Below are positions 52,321 through 64,000 of a stretch of DNA of 64,000 nt, one piece after another. Where the stretch lies: contig ADNK01002827.1 in NCBI GenBank assembly GCA_000320545.1, positions 1-64,000 of the forward strand, in the 5' to 3' direction. The notes beneath the pieces were generated by a model that made no database searches, was not told where the DNA came from, and worked only from the letters and a program-made list of their open reading frames with translations. The position numbers and the translations under genes were made by a program. The stretch's first letter is position 1. Every line of letters starts with the position of its first letter. The DNA is from Bigelowiella natans CCMP2755. Its lineage: Eukaryota; Protista; Cercozoa.

Positions 52321-52959
52321 ATGACTTCCATTTCGTTCTTCGTTGCCGTTGCGGTGTGGTTCTCGTTTCCTTTTTGTGCCCGAGGGGACAACTCAAGAAA
52401 CGCAAGTGTCATCGAGAGCACGAGTAGTTTGAAAGACATTCTAAGAGGGCATGAGCTGTCATTTGCCGAGCCCTTTCCCAGTGGGGCGTTTCATCCTCCT
52501 ATGCGTGCTGTCGTCGATGCATCTCAACAGTACCAACTCTCGTTCGAAGTACTCTTCACTGGCATTGTTACTTTTGGTTACTGGGGGTCGATCATCCAAC
52601 TCACGGCGTCTAACAGGGATGGATTGCAAAATGGTGATCGCATTCCTGGCATCTGGCAGCACATGGACGGGACAACCAAGCTGTATGTGCGAACTGGTAC
52701 CAGTTTTCATGGCGACCTTGGATGCACAACATCTGAGCTCCCGCTGAATCAATGGATTTCCGTCTTTGTCACAGTCTCCAATGGAAACCTTGATGTTACT
52801 CTGTCCAACAATATTAAGGGATGTTCCACCGCTCTGCCGGGAACTTTGTTTCCCTCAACAAAGAACGTCGGGGTGTTCATCGGCGACACTTTTGGTGTTC
52901 GTGGCTACGCACCCGCGAAAATGAAGATTCGCAATGTGTTTTACCTGACTAGACATTGA
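52321..52959 (+). CDS. Secreted ConA-like lectin/glucanase (LamG-like) beta-sandwich protein, intronless
   Basis: Signal peptide MTSISFFVAVAVWFSFPFCARG, then YQLSFEVLFTG...WGSIIQLT...GDRIPGIW...KLYVR...LPLNQWISVFVTV...VFIGD...KIRNV. Confidence 0.6.
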   Translation: MTSISFFVAVAVWFSFPFCARGDNSRNASVIESTSSLKDILRGHELSFAEPFPSGAFHPPMRAVVDASQQYQLSFEVLFTGIVTFGYWGSIIQLTASNRDGLQNGDRIPGIWQHMDGTTKLYVRTGTSFHGDLGCTTSELPLNQWISVFVTVSNGNLDVTLSNNIKGCSTALPGTLFPSTKNVGVFIGDTFGVRGYAPAKMKIRNVFYLTRH

Positions 52960-53199
52960 AACACAATTCGCATGATCTGTTCTTTGTTTCGTAGTGCACT
53001 ACCGTTTCACCACCGCACTTTCACGGTTGCATAAGTCCCTCACAAGTTTGCGCTCAGGCAGATCAAATCTCAGTAAAATGCAGCAAATGTCACACGGATA
53101 TGAATTTTGATATCTTGGCAGTAGGGTGTGCGATGCACTTTGTAGCAAAAGGTTTACAGTTAAAACATCTAGATCCAGAGATGGATTCGTCTCCATCGA

Positions 53200-54080
53200 T
53201 GCATGTCGTACACATGTGATGTGTTGCATCAATGGAGCTCAAAACAAATGCCACAAAAGCAATGAAGGCCATCTAGCCATGTGACACAGCCATGTTGGCA
53301 GGCTGTCATGTCCATCATTGCTGGCTAGCTAGCTAGCTGGGTGCAAGATGAAAGAGGGAGCACCAAAGTGGAGCTTGCTAGCTCCAGAGCTAACTAGCTA
53401 GCCAATGCACCAGCGCAAGCTGTGGCGCATCGCACACTGCACTGATGACTAGATGGACTAGATTATCTAGATCTGTTGCTAGCTGCTAGCTACTAGCTAA
53501 CTAGCTAGCAAGTAGTTTGGTCTGCATGGTAGTGGTGATGCACAGCACTAGCAGCTAGCTAGCTAGTAGCTAGAGCTAGAGAGCACTAGAGCAGGCCAAC
53601 TAGCTGATGAGTTCTCCTAGCTAGCTAGCTAGTAGGTCTTCTAGCCTGCTCTAGTGCTGGCTTGCATGTCAAGCAAGAGCCATGTTTGCAACCAATTTTG
53701 CATCTGTCCCGCTCTGGCTAGCTAGCTAGCTAGCGCTGTCCAAGCCCACTGTTAGACTGTGCTAGCCTAGCTAGCCAGCAAGCAGAGTCTGCACCGCACT
53801 AGCGCGGAAACTAAATGAATTCAAGATGGAAAAGCTACCAAATGATCATGCAAGTTCAAAAGTAGAAGTTGGATCCGCCCCCTAGCTGCTAGCTAGCTAG
53901 GCTAGTAGGCATGCTAGCATGCATGAGCGCAGTTACACTCCAACACTGCGCAGTGCTGCACACACGCTAGAACGCGCATGCCACGCTAGCACGCTAGCGC
54001 GAGCAGACCTCGCTAGCTCGTCCACGCAAAAGCTCCATAAATATCAGTTTGCTCTCTAGTTCTTGCATCTCACGGCCTGC
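53200..54080. other. Extremely CTAG-rich convergent spacer, TpA-poor outside CTAG
   Basis: About 36 CTAG in 53281-53820 by hand count, versus about 2 expected by chance. Confidence 0.9.
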
Positions 54081-54237
54081 TATGTGCAGTAGATTGGATT
54101 ACACAAATTACAATTTTGAGTCCTATCATGAGCGAAACTCCTTCAACAATTCAGTTTCCACTCGATATAGCTTCTAGGTCGAAACACCGAACCACGGACG
54201 TTTAATGTGCGCAATTAGTAATATTCCCTGCCGAATG

Positions 54238-56384
54238 CTACTCCGGTCTTTTTCTCGTACTATTCCTGTAATTTCTAGTTTTTGAGTCGTCAGCCCGATT
54301 GCTCCGTTGCCTACTGCTACTACTTCGCATCGAAGTACTGTTCGTACTCGTAGGGGTATGATATGTTGGTGAGAATAACAGCGCACCTGATAAAAGCACA
54401 GAGTAACAAATCGACAGGAGCATGATGAGATATTTATGAGTAGGCTGCTGTTATCTACAGCCGATGAGATTTTCCCCATTGGCATTGTGAAGCAATGAGC
54501 TGCCTTCACGAATGGGGAGGAGAAAATGGAGCGATTTATTCGTGATAAATGCAGATAACAATGTGCTATGATAAATTGATTCTTTCGTCGGTTCTCACAG
54601 GGATCCTCCATATCATAAGTATGATCGTCATTATGCTGTTGCTCTATTCCTCTCCTCAACCTGCAATGCTCGTTGGCGGTGGCGGCATGTTCGGCATGTG
54701 GACGTTGGGGCTTCTTCGGTCTAATGATACATTCTGGTTACGAGCAGGAGGGGGAGGATGAGTTCCCTCTTCGACGTTAGAATGATTGCCATTGGGGAAT
54801 GGTGGCTGTGATTGATGAACTGGGAACCGTAAGACTTGCCGTATTCGAACACTTCCATCAGGGTTTCTCTGGATGATTTGTCTATTTATAGTAGCGGTAC
54901 TACGGCGATGAATAGGTGGCTGATCAGGGCTCTCTATTCTCTCCGCTCTCACTATGTAGTCATCATCCTTTTCGTCTGAACGTAACAAACAACAGCGAAT
55001 AGAAGACTTGCACTCAACGATAAATGCAGGACCGATGTGGAAAAATATCCTCCGCTGCTACCATGTGTGTGCTTGGAAAAGGGTTATGAGTTGCTAGAGG
55101 CATGCAGTTGCTAGGAAAGCTACTCCAGTGGATATGTCGCAAAGTGACCGCACCAGCAACAGCAAACACCAACAACAACACATTGGCTTGCATCAGCAAA
55201 GTAGGTCTACTATATTCAATCATCCTATTCATGCTCCTACTACTACAACTGCTACTATTCTACTACTACGACTACCATAGTCGTTTCTAGTCCCTTCTGC
55301 TTCTCCCCCACTACTGGTGCCCCTCCTTCCATCCACCTCATTTCCCCGGGTGTTTGTGCTTAAGCCAGCGTATGAAAGTATACTTCCTACTGCAGAGCTT
55401 AAGTACGATAATGGAGAAGATAAAGAAGAAGAAGAGGATGATGATGAAGATGATGAAGGAGCTCTCATCATCTTTGATTCGTCGCGATGATGCTGGCGAC
55501 CACTGCGTTGTTGCTGCTGGTGATGCTGGTGCGAATAGAAACGAGTACTACAAGGAACGACGGAAGAAAACACAGGAGAATCATATAGAACGAACCACCA
55601 GTAATCAATACTGAAAAAATAAGGACCAACCGCTACGACGAGTGGATGGAAGATTAAATCATAAAGCAAAGCATTCATGACTTGCATCTTCCAGAAAACA
55701 ATGAATGCACAGACGGTGCCGTCGTAACATAACACAGCAGCCAGAGAGACAGTGAAGACGCCATCCATTCGGCTGCTGTTATAAGTCCGCACCTTTGCTG
55801 CTGTCTCAGCTTTGCATGTGGGTGTGGAGATGGCGAAGGAGCATCTGGGAGCATGCATAAAGTAATATATATATCAGAGCATGCTTCTTTGTAGAACTAC
55901 TACTAGTAATAGTCGTACAATCACTACTTCTACCATAGCAGTATCTACTGATACTATTACTACTACTGCTACTGCTGCTGCTGCTACCACGAAAGTTCCT
56001 CCTCAATAAACGCCCAAGGACGTATACCGCATTGCCAAGTCTACATAGTGACTCCCCGACCTCTACTGCCACTGATCAGACCAAAACAATCAATCAAATG
56101 AAAACATTTAATGACGATGGGCGACAAAGATGCTGGGTACAAAATGAAGTGTAATAATTATAGATGAGTATCTCTCACTCACACATGCATATATCACGAT
56201 ATTATCGCCTCAGATCCTCCTTTTCCAACCCCCCCCACGGCTTCATGGCACAGTACAATAAATTCACTACTTACACACCTTCTGGCCTTGTCGGCAATCC
56301 AAAGTCTGGCTCACGTTTGCTGTCTAATTGAGAAGCACTACTACTACTACTACTACTACTACTACCACTACTACTATGGTTATT

Positions 56385-56423
<39 letters not shown>

Positions 56424-57126
56424 CTCCCCCCCGCGATTAGCAGCTTCTGCACTTCTATGTTCATTTTGTAAGGCCTCGAGCTTCTTTGCAATATCGTGCT
56501 AAGGGATAGAAAGACAGGACAAGGAGTAACAAGAAGAAGAAGAGGGTTAGGAAGGAAGAGAGAAGTTACTCAGTTGCTATATGACAGCAACAACGACAAC
56601 AACAACGACAACACAGCTGATACTTGTACTGACTGACAACTGTCAGGAGCACCACTGAGATGCCGTGATTTCATTACTGCCGTTCCCATTCTGATATCTT
56701 CATTTTACTCGGTAGTTATTTCGTATTATTCTTACCAGGGGAAGTAATCGCCAGAGGTCTCTTCCTCTCAATATATCATGTAAAACGCGACAGAGCTTTG
56801 CCAGACCTTCCCAAACAACACATACAAAGAAAAACACATCAACAACAGCGAAAACGAAGAAAGTACAGACAAGTATTAACAAACAGTAGCGGCAATGTCT
56901 AAATATATAACAGGTATGCAGTAGCACCTTCTAGATCGTGCGAAATGGGAATGGGTTCTTTTCGGTCAGGTTGCGAGAGGAAGTAGGCAAGCTCCGACCT
57001 TTCGTTATTTAGATATAACAGAAGAAGAAGAAGAAGAAGAAGAAGAAGAAGAAGAAGGAAAAAAAAAAAAGAAGAAGGAGAAAGCTAAGATACGTCGTCT
57101 TCTTGTGCATTGAGGGTGACGATAAT

Positions 57127-57157
<31 letters not shown>

Positions 57158-58276
57158 AATGATGAGGAGCAGGATGAGTGCAAACCATAGTTGGCAACGT
57201 GTGTGTAAGGTAAATTAGCAATCATACATCACTATCATCATCATCATCATCACTACATTGCTTTAGCTTCCTCAGGACTAATCAGCCTCGACAATCTCCT
57301 CCTGTTGTTGTTGCTGCTGCTGCTGTTGTTGGTGCTGCTGCTGCTGGTACTACTGTTTGGATGATTTGTAAGGGCAGCAGCAATTTGTCTCCCAAGCTGG
57401 TAATGAGCCTGTAATCGACGAAAGCAGTTAACAGATGAATTATCATCATCATCATCATCATCGTCGCCATTCCTTCAAATCTTAGCATAACCTCCCCGTC
57501 CTATTCTCGTTGCGCAATTATACTCTCTTCCCTCCTTTATTCAGCGACGAGAGTGTACAACAGCAGTAGTAATACTACACGATCGAAGCAAGTAAAATGA
57601 ACCTGAGCAGTAAGACTCCACACAGGTGCAAGAGCTTCCATAGCTCTTTTCGTCTCCAGCTGCTGCTGCTGCTGCTGCATTAGTCGCCGTTGTTCTTTGC
57701 CCTCCGACGAAGAAGTAGTACTGCTACTATTCCATCCTCCTCCTCCTACATTATTGCCATTATTCCTTGTGTTGTTGTTGCCTGGAGTGCCTCCGCCTAA
57801 TGGTTGAGTGAAACAATGATTCGAACAATGGACAATGTGCATATAAATCTGTAAAGGTTTGTATATAAAAGGAGCAGCAGATTGCGTTAAAAGCTGATTG
57901 ATATCGCCGTGATGAAAGCTTATACCGCTCTTAAAACAAAATTACGCAGCAACACCGAGGATAATCAATAATCAATCATCACCCACTGGCAAAAACTCTC
58001 CCATTCATACAACTATTACTACTACTACTGCTATAATCGTTCTTACGAGCATTACCAGTAGTAGAGGTGGTAGTAGTCGGCAACGAGGGACTTACTGACT
58101 GCCGCTGCTGCTGCTGCTGCTGTGACGGATAAAATCCTCCTCTCCCCCCCCCTGCTGGTGCTGCTGCTGGTGGTACTGCGTTTGGAAGGCGAGAGGGAAT
58201 GGGAGTCCGATGGGGTAGCATCGTCATGTGCGCATTTATGTCAGTCTCGCCAGGTCCTGCCCAAATGAGGAGAGGG

Positions 58277-58318
<42 letters not shown>

Positions 58319-60293
58319 TAGTTTACATTGTGCGTTGCAATCTAAGTGTGGTGTGCGTGCTATCGATACAGCCCCTCCCCTCCCTTCCAATAGTGTTACT
58401 GCCTCCCAACCAAAAGCCAGAAACAACCTGGGCCTTCACAGATCTGGCAATAATCGCAGTGACACACCAAGCACAGCCATCTTCTTCCGAACCTATGAGA
58501 GCACAAACAAAGAAACGACGAAAGCAAGGGATATGAGCACTAATATATCTTAAAACAGTAAGGAATATCAGATTTTAAAACAGAAAGCAAACATGATCTG
58601 TTTACTGTTTGTTTTGCAGTTGTTAACCTCGCAACGTAGAGGAGGCTTAATACTTAGCATTGCCATATCCGCCATTTGACATTATGTACTTTCGCTTGCA
58701 GGGTGAGAAGAGAAAAAATATGGACATAGCATCATTCATTAATTACCCTGTTCTTGTACATCGATCACATACCCAGCCTGTTGCGTATCCTCCTCTGCTC
58801 CATCGTTACCATCGATGTACACATCAAAACAAAAAAAGTAGAGGAATAGATGCAGCATGATGCCCAGTGAGAAAGATCGAGAAGGGAAACAAAACAACCC
58901 CAAAAAAAAATCTATGTCATTGTTTTTATATTGCTTTGCACAGTACTCATGATCTATATCGATTGAAAAGGAAGAATGGAGAACTCACTCGCTGTAGTCG
59001 GAAATCACCATAGAATGCCCATTGTGACACAACGGTCGGCCTGCAGAATTACGGCGCAAAGTGAACATACACACGTTCATCGACACGCTGAAACGCTTAT
59101 CCTCTTAACGAGAAGTATGAAAAGCATATATGACGACTCGTCATCCACCTCAAAACATATCTCAACCGAGCAGACTAACGAGGAAGAAGGAAAGAGGAAG
59201 AAGAAAGAGGGGGAAAGGTTGCGACTCCGGCGACCACTAAGAACATAACTCTCACACAGAAAAGAAGTAGCGCTCCTCCTCATCAAAGAAGCAGTAGTCT
59301 TTGTTAGTGGTGTGGGAAGTACCTTGTCGAGCCGTGGAGGGAGGTTTGCTGCCTTTGATCGTCCGACTAGAGAACAGTTGTTTGTTGCGCACACACACGA
59401 CCAACACCAATATATACAGCACGCAACACCTTCCTCACGTTTTGGACCATTAGTGCGAAATCTGCACGATTGTTCGCAAGGTAATCATACCGAAATTCAC
59501 TAGAAATCTTCAATTACACCATAAACAAACGAACTCAGCAGTTCGGATATATTCATGTTCGTCCTCATCGTTCCTCTTCTTAATTTCCTCTTTTACCTTG
59601 AAATTAAGTGGATTGCACACCCATTCGATAGTCCTAATTGATTAATAGCAGCATGCGATGAGCAGGTTTCTTACGTCATGTGCGTGATGTATCTTTTCCA
59701 TAACCTCCATAACTACCGCAGCAGCTGGAATTTTGGGATCAAATGCTTTTATTCACCCTTCCCTTCCTCCCTTCCTCCTCGCTCCCTCCAAAATCGTATC
59801 CCCAAATACCTAGCTCGCGCAAATTGCCACTGCGAATAATTTTGCCTGATGTAATATGTGAATTAGGTTCAGGAAGAGGATAAAATGATGTGTTTAAAAT
59901 ACTCTTTCACCTTTCCAAATGATTCGTTGTATCTCAATTGAGATGTCCTTCTTGGATGCAGCTATTTTCTTCACCAACACCTCCACCGTGGACTTATTGT
60001 GTAATGAAACAAAGTAGAACCCAAAGCAAAAGTAAATCAAGGTTTCGCTCCGAAAGCAGCAGTGAGGGGATGTGCGCGTGATAATGGGGGAAATATAGGG
60101 GGAAGACCTCAGCAGCGACAGAAACCCAAAAATCTCCGTGTTTCATCGTTTTAACACGGATACGCCATTCTTTGCTATCAACGGCAGTAACACCCGAGTA
60201 GTTACTTCCTCCAAGTGGTGAGGTTGGCGTTGGAGACGATGATTTTCCATCTTCCTTCAGGCAGCTGTCGGAGTCCTCTTCAGAATCGTACAT
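54238..60293 (-). CDS. BAG6/BAT3-like protein: N-terminal ubiquitin-like domain, ZZ/C1-like zinc finger, low-complexity linkers
   Basis: UBL: WRIRVKTMKHGDFWVSVAAE|STVEVLVKKIA..ISIEIQRIIWK. Zinc finger: CHNGHSMVISDYSEGGYATGWVCDRCTRTG|FGRRWLCLVCHCDYCQICE. VGESLCRLGNAVYVLGRLL resembles BAG6 VGESLRLLGNTFVALSDL. The 3' end may be 54656 or 54238. Confidence 0.6.
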
Positions 60294-60722
60294 CACCTAG
60301 CTGCTTCCAACCTACCACTTGTAGAAGAGATGCCTTAGAAATCTTCAATAATAGCGACTCAAGCTTTTGTGATAAATGAAGGAAGGGGTGAACCTGTGTA
60401 TCCTCGTCGATGCTGAGTAGCAAGTATGTGTGGCGCCTGGGGTGGAGAAAGCAGATGATCTCCTAATGATTTACCGGTAAGATTCTGGCCCTAATGATGC
60501 TGACGTAATTCAAAAATCCATGGCGTTTTCCTTCCGAATTCAAAGAAGAAAGAAAGGAATGTCATTTCTACAAGGAGACACGCAACTCTTTGATGTCGCA
60601 TTATTTCTTTGGAGGATTTTACAGATGTTGTCGTAGTGGAAAGAAGCATGCCGTTTTATCCCGTTTTTCTTGCGAATGATTCCTCTCCTGATAAAGAGGA
60701 AGAAATTGCAGAACTCTCATGA

Positions 60723-63700
60723 ATGGCGGCCAAGGACTCCGATTCCTTATTTACTTCGAACGAAAAAAGTAGGATTGATTGGCTCATTGTTTTCTCAGCT
60801 TTCCCATATAATTCCACGTAAAATCCATGTTTAATGCACCTTTAATTTTAGAGTTAGCGCCAGACTATAGTGGAGAAAAGGTTGGGCAAACGAATCTTCC
60901 AATGAGCCAAGCGAATATTCTGGAGACGAATGGGCATAATAAGAGCATCCATGGTGCGATACAAAGCGGTATCCTCGAAAAGGTTGCTGCATTATTCCTA
61001 CTCTTTTTTCTCTTTAAATTGACGACTTTGATATTGCTATATTATCGGTCGCGAAAGCAGCAGCGTTGCGTACTAATTTGGTTGGTTGCACGAATAATAC
61101 ATCTCATACATGAATAATTAAAAAAAAATAGGTATTAACTTTTCTCCCAACTAAGAGCGTGGCACAAATCGCCTTGGTACTATCAATAATAGTCTTAGTA
61201 GTAGCGGTGTAGTACTTTAGTTGGGTGCCTTCTCGAACGCGTAGCGGTGCAGTATCATTATTTGAGTGCCTTCTCGTTCAACATAATAAGGTATCCCAGA
61301 GCTGGAAAGCCTCCGCCATTTCCGATCGTGTATGGAAGCCCATTTGCGAACGAAGGTATGAGTAATGTACGTATACAGGGCAAACTTGTCCAACTTTAAA
61401 CAACAGTGGGGCCTGTTATTGATTTGCACGAATACATACATTTAGAGTGTTGTGTAACGAAGTAAATAGCATTGATGGTTTACCGCGACGAGATATGTAG
61501 AGGATGACATTGTACTTTTTCATATTTTTCCGTCGGTGTTTCTCTAGTTGTAATGAATTATATTTGTTTTTATCCTAGTACAAATTGTTGATTTTCTTGT
61601 GTTCTGAGTTGTTTGTTTCTATCGTCTTGCCCAATTCTCGCTCCCCCCCCCCAACTGTTAGATGGAAGGGCAGATGGCGTCCATGCTCAAACTCGTCAGT
61701 ACATGAAAGCCACCGTGCTAGCAGCAGCAACAACTTTACTTGGAAACTGTACGTATGAATTTAACGAATTTGTTAGTATTAATAGACGCAATTCACTCGA
61801 TCTTTCCCGTGATTTTGTCGGAGGATAGTGCTGCACAATATCTTCGTGCTTGATTCTTACCTTTGTACTCCAGTGTAATCGACATCATGTTTTTGCATTT
61901 CCATCGTTGTGTCTGGCTTTTCTTTGAAACCATACAATTGCGAATCTCTTGACGAATCTGTGAACTGCTGCTGCTGTGGCATCATTATCGACGACGTTGA
62001 TTTAGGCGGTACATTCAAGAAGAGAAGGATGCTATCAGGACAAAAATATTAGAGGCAACATCTGACTCCATCATCCTTCCCCCTCTCGCCCTTGTCTATC
62101 TCCTTTTGCCATAGTGTTATTCGATAGTGACGATTGTTGGTATGAAAGAAGTAACTTCGAACGGTAGCAAATGAATTATCAGGAGGAACTTTGCACGTTC
62201 TGGTGGAGATTCAAGTTTCAGCAATCTCCAACTACAGCGTATGTTTATTAAACAAACTCATACATCGTTTTTTTTCGCATAAGGGAAGCTGAGAGTGTCT
62301 CCTGTTACTTAACCCCCCCTACTCACACATTGTTGTCTCTAAACTATACTATCAAGGTTATTTTCCATGGAGTAATCATCAATCATCCTTTATGACCATT
62401 GCCATGACTATTTTTCATTCTATGCTTCTTCACCAGAGTCCAATACGTCAAGTTTGTTCGAAAACACAACCATGGGTATTGTCGATAGTGTAGGATATAG
62501 AATTCATGGGATAATCAGAATATCGAATGAATAAGCGACCAATATTCATGTCAACGAGTCTAAAATTTTCAAATTACAACAGCAGATTAAAAGTAGTGGT
62601 GGCGGTAGTAGTTTCGTGTTGATACTGAGAATCTATTAGAAATAATGATGATGGTGATGATGACGATAACATGTCGAGCTCCTCAAACCTTCTTTCCCCA
62701 CGTATCCCTCCCCTCTATATAATTGAATGAATGCTCATTATTTTGTGTAAAGCTTTCTGATTATGGAATCTGGGTATCCTCCTATGCGGTATAGGTAATC
62801 TCCTCTTTTTAATTATGATGATGATATTGGGAACGATGATGATGATGAGGATGGTCATGGCACAAAAAGAGCTTCGGTCTAGTCGCACAAAGGATGATGA
62901 GAAGAAGAAAAAGAAGAAGACGAAGAAGAAGAGAGGAATACTACAATAGTACAATTTTTAATATTGTCCTGCCTGTTGCTTTGAATGAGCTTGCTCTAAG
63001 ACATAGCACTACGATATTATCTTCTTTGTGAACAACCAAAGCATGGCAATATGCTATTCATGTAGTTGTTCGTTCTCCTTTATATATTTTTTACTGTGTG
63101 TGTGTGGTTGGAATGGATATTAAGGATGCATCTTTGTTTTTCCTTCTCTACCTCTTCAACATCATTAACATCGTCATCTCCTACTACTACCATATTCTTT
63201 ATAAAACTCGTTGTTGCTTCCAATATACTATCCAATCGCCCATCTCCACCACACGATCAGAGTCGGCGAGGATACGAGTGGAGAAAACGTAACCAAATTT
63301 CTCAACGTTTGTGTGTGTGTGTGTGCGTGCGCGCGCGCGCGTTTGTGTGTATGTCGAGAGGGTCAGTTTTGCTTCACTTCGAAGATGATACAAAAATACA
63401 CACGTAACTACGTTTTTATTGACAGGTTGTATATATTGAGCTATTCCCGCCGCATGTTATCAGCAGGACTGAAGGTGGCGACTTATTTTGTCTATCAACA
63501 TATGCATAGAAGTATGGTGATCTATTTGAAAACTTTATTGTATTTTGGGGTTAGACATTACGGTTTACCTAAATAAAGCTCACTATTTTTCGTTGTCGTT
63601 TTATCTTCAGATTGGCGCTGGACTATAAAGAACATGTAGTTTTTTTAAGTTATCTGTAAAGACTACGCATTTTAAGATGTTTGCATCATGTATCTAAAAA

Positions 63701-63837
63701 ATTCTTTTTTTTCTTCCATTTCTACCAGGTTCGTTTCAATGCAAAGTATAGATGTGGATGAGATACCTGAAGACCGTCGCGAAAATGTAATGACATCTTA
63801 TTCACAGGCTATCAGATCCTTGGCGTTAAGAGGATAA
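60723..63837 (+). CDS. F-box protein, multi-exon
   Basis: Spliced ILEK|VLTFLPTKSVAQIAL|VSQSWKASAISDRVWKPICER is an F-box. Later exons read RTKILE|EELCTFWWRFKF and DWRWTIKNM|FVSMQS...LRG* (TAA 63835-63837). Confidence 0.8.
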
Positions 63838-64000
63838 ATACTACAAGAAAATGAAATAATACTTATGTAGACAAAATATACTCGTAGTTAGAATAGTATG
63901 AAATTGCTCATCCCTAGCCGGGCTCCAGAGCTGTGTATGTGCAACACATGAAGCAGGATATCTACAGTGCTTCGATGCAATGACGCCACCCACAGTGTGA

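Overview
Intron-rich, gene-dense eukaryotic nuclear DNA with about 14 genes or pseudogenes in 64 kb. Bipartite signal+transit leaders and a signal+RLRGG leader suggest an alga with a secondary plastid, such as a chlorarachniophyte (inference). Gene models below were spliced by hand from GT/GC-AG sites, so internal boundaries are approximate. Recognisable products: a DUF6817/TPR protein, a polycystin-1-like membrane protein, an NDR/STK38 kinase, a probably plastid-targeted BolA-like protein, an SMG6/EST1-like protein ending in SPRY plus a Regnase-type NYN RNase, an FHA-SAP-WWE protein, mitochondrial L34, a BAR+SH3-like protein, a secreted ConA-like protein, a BAG6-like protein and an F-box protein. 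The strongest unexplained signal is non-coding. Spacers downstream of gene 3' ends are CTAG/CATG/TGCA-rich, and several are almost stripped of TpA outside CTAG. Repeat copies inside them differ as TA versus TG versus CA, pointing to a TpA-targeted hypermutation process running opposite to fungal RIP. I found no rRNA, tRNA, CRISPR array or intact transposon.
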